From Bugula neritina (taxonomy: Eukaryota; Animalia; Bryozoa), in assembly GCA_964035545.1 (NCBI GenBank), contig OZ037765.1, positions 33,169,504 to 33,233,503 on the forward strand: 64,000 nt of DNA, read 5' to 3'. Under the pieces are notes generated by a model. It ran no database searches and was not told where the DNA came from. It saw nothing but the letters and a program-made list of their open reading frames with translations. The translations under genes were made by a program, and so were the position numbers. Below, in pieces: positions 12,036 to 27,100 of the stretch (the first letter of the stretch is position 1; the number at the start of each line of letters is the position of its first letter).

Positions 12036-15000
12036 CCTTTTAAGATGTTAAAACAAAAGCAGAACAATAAACCTTGCAATTGTGAAAATTAAATTTTTAA
12101 ACCTAATGATCAAACCTATTAAATTCTATTGGGATAGTCAGAGTGATAGTGGATATATGTGATTCAACATTCGAATTTTCGAAACAAAAAATTGAAAATG
12201 AAAGTGAAAATCAAAATGTAATAAACATCAAAATTATTACTTCAAGAAACAGGAAACTCATAGCCATACTAATAGTAATAATAATACTAATAGCCATACG
12301 CATAGTTGTAGCAATACTAAGAATTATAGTAACGATTACTATTAGTTTTAGTATACTCACTATTTACTGAGTATTATTAAATAACTATTACTATTCTTTA
12401 TTAAATCAAATAACTATAAAGCTTAGGTATGAAGAAAAGTTTATACGGCGTAGCCCATACGCATAGCTGCATAAGCAAAGTTTAAGTCAAATTTTAGTGT
12501 TGAAAATAAAAATGTTGGAAAAATTTAATAAAAGTACTACTTAGTCTATTAGTATTAGTATCACTATTAGCATTACTATTAGACTTAGAAACTACTGACT
12601 AGAGTTTACTGAGTTAGTTACTCACTGCCTCTACTGAATAACTGTTATTCTTAGTCTTACAGTTATTGTTAATGTTATTCATACTGACTTAGATTTACTT
12701 TTAGTTTTACTGTTTCACTTACTCATTACTGTTACAGTTACACATACTCATACTCTGATACTGTGTTAGTGTTACTGATACCCATATTGTAAGTCACTAA
12801 GTGTTAGAACAAGATATTTTCTTTATCTTAATCATAATCATAATGAATATGAATATCAACATGAAAATATTATTATTATATTTATAATTATATTTATTGT
12901 TAAACTTAATTATAATAAAAATATCCATTTCTAATTCTACAACTAATTCACTCTCAGTCATACTGCATTAAAAAATAATATAAAATAAACCGTAAGAGTT
13001 TAAATTGGCTATACTACTCATCTACTGCTTACACGAACTGCCGCTTGCCAAACGAGTTGCGATGATCATTACGAACTATTGTTTACCATTAGTATTACGA
13101 CTACTATCTTTAGTCACAAGTTGTAGATAAATAATTGCTAGCGGAAACAAACTGACGAAACGCAGTAAAGGCGTGCCCAGCTGCGATTAGCCATTTAGCA
13201 CGTTACCACAACAACGAAATAAAATGCGTTTAACGTTGCCGCAGTGGCCTACATTGCGCGTGTACTTCAAAGGAAAGACAACCACACACTTTTGGCATTC
13301 ATTGCTTAACACTATCAACATAGCATTATTATTTAAGGTTATTATAACATTATTCAAATAAAATGCTTTATGGATAACCAGAAAAAGCAATGAGATAATC
13401 ATATGTCTCTTTAACTGGTTGGCACTAAAATATTACCATAAAGTTTTAAGTTCACCATGTATCATGTTATCATCATGCATTGTGGTTTAAAAGGCTCTAC
13501 AACTATAATTGTATATGCTGCTTCACAAAGAAACTTATGTAGAATTTACAATCTTTCTAAACACTTTTTGATTAGTTCTATTTAAAAAAAACCGTTTTTA
13601 CTGTTCTTACAAGTTACAATAGTGAGTAAAGGTAACCTGTGATAAATATACTTCACTGAAATCACAACAATAACAATTAAACTTTCAAATCAACTATATA
13701 CTCATTGGAATTGTTAAATATACAAGGAAAACTCACTTGAAATGCCTTTTTGCAAACATGTTAAAGCTGGAAGTACTATCTGAATGCTAGTCCAATAACT
13801 GGGTATCACTTTGAGTTAATTGCTATCACTCTGAGACCAGATGTATTCTAGCAGACGACTAGTATTGTTCAATAAGCCGACAGAGTTAACTCAACGTGTA
13901 GACTACACCTTCCACTCGTCAGCTGTGCTAGCAACTGATAACATGTATTGAAATGCACAGTTTGAAAAAGCCTTGTTGAATGAAGGTATATTGCTGTTTA
14001 GTTTATCACGTAACTTAAGCAAACAAAGACTCGGTATCTAAATAATCTCTATAGTTCTTGTTTAATTTGCTAAATAGGTACGCGAATATTGAATGATTGA
14101 TTGATTATCACAGCTTATAATTATAATTACATCATATAGAAATATAAATTAACAGAAATTAATGTGAAGCTAGGAGAGTTAGGTAATAGTGGTATATTTA
14201 GTAAGTTCAATATGAAAGCACATGAAAATTGATTGATTAAACAAACAGTAGATTTTCATTGTTAAATATAATCTAGCCCGGTATGCATATTTACTTAATC
14301 AAAGTCAAAATCGGTTCTTATTTGAACATCATACAGACTCGGTCTGGTGTTGAATACAATATATTTAACTCAATGATAAATTATCTGACCCATAATCAAA
14401 AAATAACAAAACATTGCTGGCTGTTTGAGGCCACAAAGACAACTGAACAGAATACAAGAGGCCAACATATAGAATTTACCTTAGTGATAAGTAAAGTGGG
14501 TAATTCCAATGCCCTTTTTATAATAAAAAGTAACTAAGGTTGTAAAAAGGCAAAAAATGCATGCTTTGGAGGAAATGTTAAAATGTATGAACACACCGGG
14601 TGATAGCATGCAGCTAGAAATAGTAACAGGATGTGAACAAATAGTAGAAAATATACCAGAATTCAGCAGTAGAACAGACTTTTACATTCAGTACTTGAAC
14701 ACAACATTAATTTGCATAAAAAGCACTTTGATAAGATGACAAAAAATTGAAGAAAAACAGTAATTTTATTCATATTTACCACAAACTTAAATATTATCTT
14801 GTTATAGTAAACAAAGAACAATGATGAGTCATGATATTAACACAGCAGTTTGAATATGACCAGATACTACATTTCATAGACACAGAGATATCACATTTTA
14901 TATCACACTTGAATCATAAACTATAACAAAAAATTGAAACTTGTAATACTGATACATGGAGAAAATATCATACAAGTTGCAATACTTGACAATATAAAGA

Positions 15001-15157
15001 GCAATTCAATAGATGACTGCTTCCATGATATATTTGGTATTAAAAATACACACTACTGTATAAAATGTCTAGTATTAACTACTTTATAGAAAATAATTAA
15101 AAACTTTTTGTTTGTAATGATGTCCTCTTTTGCAAAAAGAGAAACTTGAAAATAATT

Positions 15158-18100
15158 TCACAGTTCGTCTGTTTGTCGGTTGGTGTCGAGATGGAAAAGT
15201 GACGTCTTACGACGAATAGCTCTTCTCTTGCGCACAGAGTCTTTTGCAAGAGAGGAACGATTAAGTTGACCCTTTTTCATAAGAGAGTCATAAACACTTC
15301 GCCTCTTTCTTTTGTTATCTGGGTAAGTTAGTCTGAAACGACTGCGGTGGGCGGAGCTCTGTTGGGGAAAATAAAAAATGTATAGCCTACGATAAAGATA
15401 ATGAGTTACAGGAAAAATTGGCCATAAGATAAAATGGATTGCATAATTAAATGAGTTACATAGTGAAACAAGTCACACGATGAAACGAGTCACATGTGTT
15501 CAAGGAATTGTAATCTAGCATTTACTTACTTATATACATTAAAGATCAGTAAATACTTTTGTGGTGGGTGTATTAAATGCAGTAGGATTAAAAAGTGAAT
15601 CAGCTAAAATAGTTAAGGTTTTATATAATACATACTTTGATAAATTGGGGAGAGCCAAATAACACCCCTTCTAAATTCTTTAAATACCCCAAGTTGGTTA
15701 GACCTCCTTCTGTAAAAAAAGTAAACATCATAGTCTCAGTACATTTTATTCTAAACAAAAGTTGAAAATGAATAAAAACTAAACATAATAAGAACATCAT
15801 TAGGTCACTGTTACAATGAGTATTACTATAATTAGCAAGTTAATGTCTTTATTTATATCAGCTGATCGCACTGCATGGCACGTAACAAATACTTACTAAC
15901 TTTAGGGTGAAGTACTAACTATAACATATAATTATATTGTACTTTATGCATTCACAACTTACAAACAGCCTTCTACTTTTCTAATAGAATGGTTTCAAAT
16001 TAAGCCAAATAACTATTCTTATAAAACCAATTTAAATATTGCATTGAATTTTATTTATTGCTTCATAAAAATTCATATTTATTTATAGTATTAATATTTA
16101 TTACAACTATTAGTTAAACATTAACTAAATTTGATACAAATGATCTGATTGGCTGATTATTTGAGTATAACCAAGTACCACAGCTAATAGAAATAATGTA
16201 ATCATAACAGTTGAAGCACAAGCTCGTTGGCATGACACAACGGTATGCTGCCTACCATAGTCGCTGTCATCATTCATGGAGTAGTAGACTTTGAGATGTT
16301 CTGTGGCAGCGCTATGAGTGTATGAGGGTTGCTGCCATATTGTGTCTAAGTCAGCGTCATCCACACTGATGTCATAGATCCGAACCTGTAGCAGCACACC
16401 AAATGTTGATGAAAACACAGCACAGCACAGCACACGGTGTTATAAAAACTACTTCATGATTTGGTAAAAGAAAATTGCAGATTTTAAAATTTCTTCAAGA
16501 AGAAAAGTAACACACCTTTCAAAATGTGTGACTAAAAATCTATATACATTATGTAATCAATATATCAATTTAAGAGATGTCAATCCAATAAACACAGAAA
16601 TTATGTTTCATGCTTCACAACATTTCATGAAAATTGCAACAATGATGGCTTTTTACCATCTCATATTTTTAGTATAAGCTCCGAGCACTACAAATTATTG
16701 ACCAAACAGAATTTCATGTATACTATATTAAGCAGCAAAAATCCAAGGGCTAAACTATAGCTATTGAGTTGTTTTCTCTATTCTTAAGACAGCACATACT
16801 TTGCTGTTGTCATGGAAACATAACAACACTAAATATCTACCAGCTCTTATAATTTAGATTACCTCATCAATGTAGCCTGAGAAATAAAAACTGCGAGATC
16901 TGCCCAGATAGAGAGAGCGGTCCTCCGTCCCATTCCAAGTGTATGGTTCAACATCCGATAGGCTCACTGTGTTGCTACCATTCAGCAACATTGTCAGTAC
17001 GTGATCTGTGGGACATATTATCTTTATAATACAGCTGTAGAAAGCTAATGCTTGGGAAACACATAAAATATGGTTGACTTGGGTTGATTTAGTTTTTAGA
17101 AGACAAATCTTGAAAAAACCAGCTTCTACTAAACACTAATAACTTATTCTGAGTGATGAACAAACAGCTGTGTGCATTTATTATGATTAGCCAACATCAC
17201 CTAATTTTCTAAAATTAATATATTTCTTTACTAACAATAATATATTATTTATGAATAATGTGATGAAAACAACTTATCTCGCTTAATATAGCATCATATT
17301 AAATCCCATAAAATATGCTTTGACGTATGTAACTTTTAAGGAGCATGCATATAAAATATTCCAGAATGCAGAGTTGCCTTCTCAGAGTAAGAGAAAGTAA
17401 CTACGAAAACACTATTATAAACCTTCAGCATCATATCTGTAGAGGACATGGTGCCAGCCATCTTTGTTGAGGGGACGACTCTGAATAAGCTGAAATACAT
17501 CATGTCTTCCAACTAAGTATCCACTACTGTTTACTGACAGGCAGATTAGCTCAGTTTCTGTACACAACAGCGGGTATTCAATGGCGGGGTAGTCCGTAAC
17601 GTATACCCACATGCTAACAGTGAAACTGCAACATAATAAAGCATAAATAGCTGTTACATGCTCTACTCTATAAACTTTGGCAGAAACGCAAACTCTTGGA
17701 GATTTGTGTTTTGTCTTTCTTCTTACATTAAAAACTTCAAACTAAAACTAAGTTGCTGTGGGGACAGCTCAAATAGCTGAGCTCAGTCTAAGTGTAATAA
17801 AATTAAAGCTAATGCAATTCAATAAATAGAATTGTAGACTCAGTACCTATAATTCACAACTCATGGTCACACAAATTTCTATGTATCACATTGGAGTCAG
17901 GTGTGATTTTCGTAGCTTATGTTCTATGCAGACATGCACGAAATTAATCTTGGTTTACCAACAAGAAGATTTACCAGACCAAAAATTAAAAATTTAAGCT
18001 AAGGAAATCTAGTCATTAAACTCGTAGTACTATTCTACATGAAATCAGGGTTCTAGAAAGTTCCGTGAGAAGCACCTTTCCAGGATGTCAATCTCGGACT

Positions 18101-18160
18101 CCTTGATGGATCCAACATAGACGTAGTCAGTCACTTTGTTCAGCTTCAGGGCGTAGTTTA
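15158..18160 (-). other. Mega-TSP sub-region: LamG/ConA-like domain and basic C-terminal tail
   Basis: NYALKL.., SFTVSMWVY.., [28 protein letters not shown] (LamG_3/pentraxin-like signature), followed by ..[21 protein letters not shown]. Confidence 0.8.
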
Positions 18161-21100
18161 CTGTATTCATGCACTTCACCTTCAAGTTAGACCAGATTCC
18201 AAAGTCCTGTTTGAAAGTGAACAAACCCACCCGACCTCCACCAATAGTTGTATCATAAACATTGCCGCTATCAGTGATCAGTGTTTCTTGCTGTTTAATT
18301 ACCACCCTGAAACACCAACACATCAAAATATTTATGATATTATTTGTAATCATTACAAAATTTGATAAAATTTTACTAAAAATCTGTCAAGAATTAGTTG
18401 AATAGAAAAAGATCAACCACCAAAGTAATTTCTTTTCAATTCATTTCACAGATGGTCTAAATGCATGACAGTAGTGGACAGATCTCACTAGAAGTTGTAA
18501 AACTAAAACTACTTGTTTAAATATAATATAACTTGATAGTTAGTATTATTCTGGATTATAACATTATTGCCATTTAATACCGGATTATTATGCATACATA
18601 CCAGATTTTAGGTAAAATGGCACAAATGAAAAAGCAGGTAAAACACACTGATGTTAATGTTTCCCAAACCCCCTGCTTGAAACCCGAACCCTCAACCCTT
18701 AATTCCCAAACCTAAACTCCCCCTTCCGAACTCCCTAACCCTAATATTGGAAATGTGCCATTTTTATTTACTTTGCCATTTGCGCCATTATTACCTATGC
18801 AACGTTTACAGGACACCTACATACCAACTGCATCAGCCTAAAGCAATTTAGCAGTTGTCTTCCCACTAGTAAACAAAAAATTAGCCATTACATTAATATA
18901 TGTACTAGAATATTAGCATACTATAAACTTTAATAAAACCTTGTATTATCCAAACATGAAGTAAATGAATATACTTCAACACCTTTGATACATGTGCTGT
19001 CTCACCACACCTGCGGCACGACATAAAGGGGAGATTACTCTCTATACACTCACCTCAATAAATACCACAGAGCAAGACTATAACTACACACCTGATTAAT
19101 CCAATCTCAGGTCTGTGTTTAATATGAAACTTGTAGCTTGTTTTACACTCCCAATTTCTTAGCCAGCGATCATGATATAAGATACTAACGTGGTCGGTAT
19201 CCACACTGCTCCACACACCTGAGGCTAGGTCATAACCTGGATCCACAGCCGAGTTCACCAACTGAAGAACATTAGATTCACATACCATGACATCATCTCA
19301 AAAATATAATGTATGAGTCATGCAGAGTCAGTAAATGAGTCACATGAACTAATTTGAAGTTATTGAAAAACATTTCTTTCAGATGCTATCTGGACTAAAA
19401 GAAGTAAAGATTATTGCTTAGAAATAAAGAAAACTAGTATTTTGGTCAGTTTATGCTATTCTATGCTTTTACCATAACATCTTTGAGCTCTTAATAACAA
19501 TGATTAAGGTCCATTTTATGATATCTACTTTTGCAGGTATATTTATGGGGTAATTTTTAGCTGGAATCCCACAAACAATATGGCTGTCAAAAGTATTCAT
19601 TACTTCTATAAACAAATGTTTTCATTTAGCTTATAATCACTAGCTCACATTCAAGATAAAGTCATAACAATTCCAACTGTTAGATGTTATGTAATATACC
19701 TAGTAAGACACAGATTGCTGCAGATGCATATATAAGATAGTAGAAAGTACAATATTCTATATCCACCACCTTGATCTGCAACCCCTGTAGTCCAGGAGTG
19801 TAGTCAGGGGGATAGTTCCTGTGGTTATGCTTCCAAGTAGCCAAGTAGAACTTGCGGTTGCTCTGGTATCCAAACACAAAGCCCAGGTACCCGTCACAAG
19901 TGTCGGAGTTGGCAAATACCGTCCCCGTATAGTCCATAGCATCGTAGGATGTGTCACCTAAATACACATTGTATAGTAATATGCTTTGCATGGGAAAACA
20001 GTGAATTCATTATAAATATCATGAGATGACAAAGCTTAGAAAGCTCAAGTAGGTTTTCATTTAAAATAACACGAATCTGGGACCAAGCAATATAAATAAA
20101 TACTTATTAACTTTTCTCAGCTGATAATTTTTTCAATAGCTTACTAGTACCAGTTAAAACAACTAAAAACATGTTTTGTTAATATAACAAAAGCAAACAC
20201 GGCTCCTTATAAAACAGTCAATTCTCACTCACTCAACTGTTCCACTCACCAACCAAGATGGCGGGCATATCCGTCTGCATCAGTTGTCTGACTTCTCTGC
20301 CATCATGGAGGACAAGCCAGGCCGGATCTGGAGCATCTGCCAGACTGGGGTAGAGGTTAATGCTGGTGTGACTGGAGAGGTCAGTGGTAGTTATGAATGG
20401 GTTGGATGGACAGTGGTCATCCTTATCTATCACTCCGTCTGCATCATAGTCCAACTCACACTCATCTCCTATGTAGTCCTCTACATAATATACAGACACG
20501 TGTGTGCCTATCGCTCATTACTCAGACTATAAAACTATAGTCTGACTCATATTTCTATATACTAGTCCTATATAATACTGATTGTAGCATTTACCATCCA
20601 TGTCGCCTTGCGAGGGGTTCACCACATACGGGCAATTATCGTTGTCATTATCGATACCATCATTATCGATATCTGTATCACACCTGTCTCCGATATCATC
20701 CGAGTCGGTGTCGGCCTGTTCGCTGTTAGCTGTATACTCACAGTTATCCAGAGAGTCTTGTATCCCGTCCCCGTCCGCATCATCTGTGAACACAAGAACT
20801 CAGGTCAACACTGGCTTGTCTGTTGGCAGACATAGGATGCTAACAAGGAAACAGGGCATTGCAGGTGGGGCTTGTATATTCTTAGCAAGAACTTATGTTT
20901 ATAAAATGTCTGTTCATTTAGTCAATTTACAGCAGAATAAAGCAGTATCAGGTGAGTATAATTTACTGATAAGATTTTGGTTGAAGAAAAACAGACAAAA
21001 AAATTCTATTTTTGTAAAATCTAAGCAATAAAAGTAACTTGCCAATTAAACAAAAACCCCAAACTTTCAAATAACCAGCAGAACATAAACTCAACAACAA

Positions 21101-24100
21101 TGAGTAAATTGTCACATGGACATACAGACAGACAGAGAAACAGGCAGACAAACAGACAGAGACAAACAGACAGATATACAGACGAAGAGACAAACAGACA
21201 GACAGACCCACCGTCTTCACAGTCATCTCCGATGCCATCTTGGTCAGTGTCTGTCTGTCCTGGATTACTTATTGAAGGGCAGTTGTCGCAGACGTCACCC
21301 ACAGTATCACCGTCTGAGTCCTCTTGACCTGTGATAGGAGGACACGTAACCTATTAGATCAGTGTACATGTCTAACAGAATAGTCTGCATTATTCTATTT
21401 GAGTATGGATGGAAGATAGAAGTGAGGTGAAACTTGGAGTTATCTGACCAGAGTTGGAATGTAGAGGACAATTGTCTGCTGCACTGAGTAACCCGTCACC
21501 ATCTTCGTCTGCGTCACAAACATCACCTTCACCATTTCCGTCCGCGTCTTTCTGGTCTGTATTTGATTCGCTCACACAGTTATCACATTCATCTCCTGTA
21601 ATGAAGAGCTTTCACTATTTATACCCCATTTATATCTAGCAGTAAGTTATAAACTTATTGTTTAATAAATGCAAATATATGAAAAAAGTAAAGCATTTGA
21701 ATGCAGCTACTTTAAACACCATGACCATTTAAGTAGTAAAAAAATTCAAGTTCATCTTAAAAACAAATGCTTTTCCTTTATTTTCAAAAAATAAATTAAA
21801 ACTTTCTACTAAATTGAAAATAATAATTCCTCAAAAAGGCTAAAAATACACTAAATTTTGTAGCCAATTAACTTGAAAGGTTATTTATTTTTGAGAAAAT
21901 ACCATAAGTACTTCTAAAAAGTAATATCAAACTGAATATACCAGACAATTACCAATCATATCAGAGTCGCCATCACTTTGATCTCTGTTGTAGTCGTACT
22001 GACAGTTGTCCAACAGATCCAAGATGCCATCATTATCGTCATCGTCATCGCAGACGTCACCTATGACAGCAAACAACTGATGTAAACAGTAAACAGAACG
22101 GCGTGCGAACTCCATCTGATCATATTGAATACACTACCAATCCAGTCGCCATCGTTATCCTCCTGGCCAGAGTTTGGCACATGGGGGCAGTTGTCCTTAG
22201 AGCAAGTTTCCTCCTCACAAGACTGAGCCACCGTGGGTAAACCGTCCTGATCAGCGTCTTCTGCACATATGAAACCATTTCCTGCCCAGCCATTGATACA
22301 CTACAGCATAGTATACAGTGTAATACACACTACAGTACAGTATATAGTGTAATACACACTACAACACAGTATAATACACACTACAGTATATAATACACAC
22401 TAAAGTATATAATACATACTACAATACAGTATACAGTGTAATACACACTACAACACAGTATAATACACACTACAACACAGTATAATACACACTACAGTAT
22501 ATAATACATACTAAAGTATATAATACATACTACAATACAGTATACAGTGTAATACACACTACAACACAGTATATAATGAAATACACACTACAGTATACAG
22601 TGGAATATACACTACAGCATAATATACAGGGAAATACAAAAGTGGATAATTTCTAAGCTCACAACACCAGACTAGCAGATGACACTCAGGTAACTGATGA
22701 GTAATTTTCTTTTCTATTATATGTGAGTCACTATTTCTAAAATAAATTAATCAGTCTAATAAAGCAGATTTTTGAGCAGTTAACCGCAAATGATGTCAGC
22801 ATAAGACTTGCCGATGGAATCATTTAATTTAATCTACTTTCTATCTCTACTCACGGGACAAGTTTTACTGAAAATTATAAACCACATTCTTACCATGCCT
22901 CATGTTGCGCAGTTACAAATTACTATTACACTTGTATGATGCACTACTGTAATACCACACTCACTTCCCTTTGTATAATGTACCGCTGTAACACCACACT
23001 CACCTCACACTTGTAAGCCCCGGGACCAGTGAAAATACACTCGGCATACTCAGAGCATGTGTGACGGTGGACCGGGTGGTCAGATGTGCAGAAGTTGTTG
23101 GAGTAACACTCAAACTGACTGCTCCCCATGTACCCCTCCTTACAGAACCCACAGTGGTAGCTACCTGGAAGGAAACGAACAAATAAACACAGTATGGGAT
23201 GATATGCTCATGTCTTATGATCCATATGTCTATGTTACATGACAGCAGTATATAGGTCACAACTGTCACATGCCTATAGTGTTGACACAGTAAGAGTTGA
23301 TGTCACATCCACCATTGTCAGTGTCACACTCATTGAGGTCTTCGCAAGTCTGATACGGGAGCTCATCACGTTCCAAGTTGTAGAGCTCAAAGGTTCGATC
23401 AGTGTAGTTGTAGGCCCAGGCGTCCTCAAACGTCCCGACGTAGCCTAGAGGGCAGGCCAGGCATTGGAAGCCGGGGGCAGTGTTGATACACCTCTCTGAA
23501 TCGTAGCAGGGACTGTAGTCCACACACTAAAGGAAACAGAGAGAAACAAAATATAAAGTCAAGCGCTTACTGTTGCTTATGAAAAAATTAGCTTAAATAA
23601 TAATTAGCAAGCAAGATTGAACTAAGGTCAAAGCAAAAGAGGCATTAAAATGTATATATAATACAAACAGTATTAAAAATTTGTATAGTGCAACTTTTAA
23701 TTAAAAAGCTCTTTTCACAAATAGATGCATCATTCCATATGCTTTCCTGTTTACACTCATCTCATTGATCTCTACACTCACCCCACTGATCTCTACACTC
23801 ACCTCATCCACGTCTGCACATGTCTCTCCGTCTCCAGTGAAGCCTCTAGGACAGTTGCCACAGTCATAGGAGCCGCTGCCGGTGTTGGTGCAGACTGCTC
23901 CGTCATAACAAGGAGGGTCAGCGGCCATACATGGGCACTCGGAGTCGGCAGCACAACTGTTACACAGCCCTCCCTCCGTGGAGAAGGTGCTGGTAGAGCA
24001 GGGGAGACAGCGATCTCTACCTCCACTACTAGAGTATCCTGCAGGGCAGGGGAAACAACTCGGCTGTCCAGTCAGATTCTGGAACTGGCCAGGCTCGCAG

Positions 24101-27100
24101 GGCAGGCAGAATTCTGTAACAGATTACATCACATCCTGCGTGACTCTAAGAGATGTATAATCAAGGGTAACACAGCAAGTAAAAGATTTAATTTTTGCTT
24201 AGTTTTTAAAGCATTAAAATATCTTTACGAAACTATTGCAGCTAAGCACTGGACTTTCAACAGTTTAATGTCATCAGTTTATTGTCAACAGTTAAGTGTC
24301 ATCGGTTTAGTGTCAACAGTTTATTGTCAACAGTTAAGTGTCATTGGTTTAGTGTCAACAGTTTATTGTCAACAGTTAAGTGTCATCGGTTTAGTGTCAA
24401 CAGTTTAATGTCAGCAGTTTAATCTCAACAGTTTAATGTCAACAGGATATCAATATTACTACCAACTAAAATCAAAATTCAATTATTGAATTAAAGTTTC
24501 TGCGAGGCTAAAACAAAAAGTTTAAAATAAATTATCTAAAATAGTCATTATGTTTGAGACACGAGAGTTAAAGAGCAAGTGGAGACAACTCCCACCTTCA
24601 TAGCCGTCACTGTATGTACCGACGTTACACTCATACTTGACACCCCCTCTGCAGGCGTGACCAGGTTCGCACTGAATGCAATCTTCACAGTGAGAGGTGT
24701 TACACACGGCATAGTGGTACTGAGGGCAAGGTGTGCCGTAACCGTCGACGCATTTCTGCAAAAAACAGTAGATTTCTTAATTTAAAGACTGCATTAACTG
24801 GAAACAACATGTTTTTCTATTTATCAAAAAACGTTGCAAGTCATAGAAAAAAACATAAAATGAATGAAAATATAATAAAAGAAATTGCCCAGTAGCTTTC
24901 ATAGGGAATGAATTAACTACAAAACAACAGATGTATACTTCCATACTTAGGGACAGAAAATGAGATGCCATGTCACTAAGGCTACCTTTTCAATCATATC
25001 TTAGCTAAGCGGGTGGGATGTATGAACCCCCACTTTGTTATCCTATTATATCTACCTTGCTAACTCTGACACTGGTTACAACACATTACTGCTGATATTT
25101 AGTCTAGCTAGTACACTATGTCGTATGTTTGTAAAACTGTCTACACTTTCTACTTGGTACTCAGTTGGGGATTCAACTGCATTAGTTATGGGACAAATAA
25201 CTTCTTACAAATATTTTCTGCAATTAAGCTGTTGTACAGATAACACTTGATTAATCAGTTTATAATTCATATCCTTAGAATACTACTCACCATAAAAAGC
25301 ATCCCTACCTAAACAACACAAATTATATTGCAGATTGCACCAACCCAGTGTTCAGCTATACGTACTGCTGGTTGCACCTACATAATGTTCAGCTATATGT
25401 ACTGCATATAACACCTACCCAGTGTTCAGCTATGAATACTGCAGATAACACCTACCCAGCACTCAGCTATACGTACTGCAGGTTACACCTACATAGTGTT
25501 CAGCTATACATACTGCAGGTTACACCTACCCAGTGTTCAGCTATGAGTGCTGCAGGTTACACCTACCCAGCCAACTGGACACGGCTCACACTCAGCTCTG
25601 TACCCAAAGGAATGTTCGGTGGGGGACCTGCCACAAGTTGAGTTACTCTGCGGGGGGTCACATCTACCACACGCTAACTTATTACCATCTCCCTCACAGT
25701 ACCACGAGGCTGCACACCGTAGACATGCCCTGTTCCCTGCAACACAATGTCACGCTAAATGTTCTATCAACTTGTAAAAAATAAGTTTGAGAAAAATAGA
25801 AAGCTTTAAAACCCAGTGAACATATAATGTTGTTTGTCACTAATTTCACCTGTAGGGTAGTACAACTCCGACGCTATATTGGAAAAAACTTTTTATATTC
25901 CTTAAGGAATCGCTGACACACTTTATATATGCAGTATTAGAATATTCATGTATATCTTAGTTATCTTCTACGCTCCATAGACTTAGTATACAACTCCCAG
26001 TCAGTGGATTATCGCTAAGATACATAATATGAATATTTTAATACTGCCTAAATAAAATGCGCAAGAGTTTCTGTAAACATAATATATGCAACAGACTGAG
26101 AGAGATAAGAGATGAACGTTATAGACTGAGAGAGAAGGTGATAGACTGAGAACACGTACAGTACTCCAGCTCTTCCTGCTGACAGCCATAAAGTTCCATC
26201 CGTAGGGAGACATTGCCATTCCACTCTAAAACTAGAAGCCTGATATATCTCCCGTATATCCATGGGTCAAGGTCAAAGTATGTTGTGTCGTTACCATTGG
26301 TTACATTTTCAACAGTGAACTCCACTACAGAACCTGTGAGTCATGAAATGGAATGCAGAGTGTAGAATTTAGAGGCATGTAAGATTTACAGTATCAAACC
26401 TAGCTTCAATAGTGAAACTGTTAGTAGCACTACTAACTTTCACTGTTTAGTAGTAGTACTAACCATAAAAATGATTTTAACACTTTAATAAAAAGCATTA
26501 AAAGTTCTAGCAGTTTCTCTGCTATTATCTGATAAAATCTTCACAACTCGACAGTCTGCATGACTCAGTCAGCTGCACGACTCAACTAACTGAATGACTC
26601 AACCGTCTGGGCAGGTAAATGCTTACCTAGGGTGTCCGCATGCTGAAACCATTCGATGCCATCATTACTAAAGTTGAGTGAGAATCTGCGTATCCAATAT
26701 GGAAGCTGGTCATGACCTTGAACTTTCAGTCCGCTGAATACATATGACTTTTCCATGTCTACCTAAGATATATCATCATACAGTGATGTACTATACAGCA
26801 ATACATTATACAGTATAATATTATATAGTAATACATTATACAGTAATACATTATATAGTAATACATTATATAGTAATACATTATATAGTAATACATTATA
26901 CAGTAATACACTATACAGTAATACATTATATAGTAATACATTATATAGTAATACATTATACAGTAATACACTATACAGTAATACATTATACAGTAATGTA
27001 GATTTGCCCAAGAATTCATCACATTTAAACAAAACGATTGTAGTTGCTGATAAAAAATAACCCGAATTCTCACCTGAATCCAAGGAGCTGAGTCATTAGC

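Larger units (their letters stand above)
18170..22300 (-). other. Mega-TSP sub-region: thrombospondin type-3 repeats and TSP C-terminal L-lectin domain
   Basis: Repeated DNCPxxxNxxQxDxDxDxxGDxC; [18 protein letters not shown]; HRPEIGLIR; [30 protein letters not shown]. Confidence 0.92.
23004..25736 (-). other. Mega-TSP sub-region: Cys-rich (TNFR/ephrin-receptor-like) repeats and EGF/EGF-Ca domains
   Basis: [25 protein letters not shown]; [18 protein letters not shown]; [27 protein letters not shown]. Confidence 0.85.

Noticed and set aside
13020-13310. CpG-enriched stretch as an ncRNA or promoter
   Set aside because: No tRNA/snRNA structure recognised; could be a transposon end or promoter, but this cannot be supported from sequence alone.
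15530-15603. Alternative penultimate mega-TSP exon ([16 protein letters not shown])
   Set aside because: Weaker donor. Exon 15636-15709 ([25 protein letters not shown]) has better splice sites, the right phases, and fits the LamG C-terminus.
23725-24408. 227-aa plus-strand ORF and other plus-strand ORFs opposite mega-TSP or patatin exons
   Set aside because: Antisense shadows of real minus-strand exons, extended by repeats.
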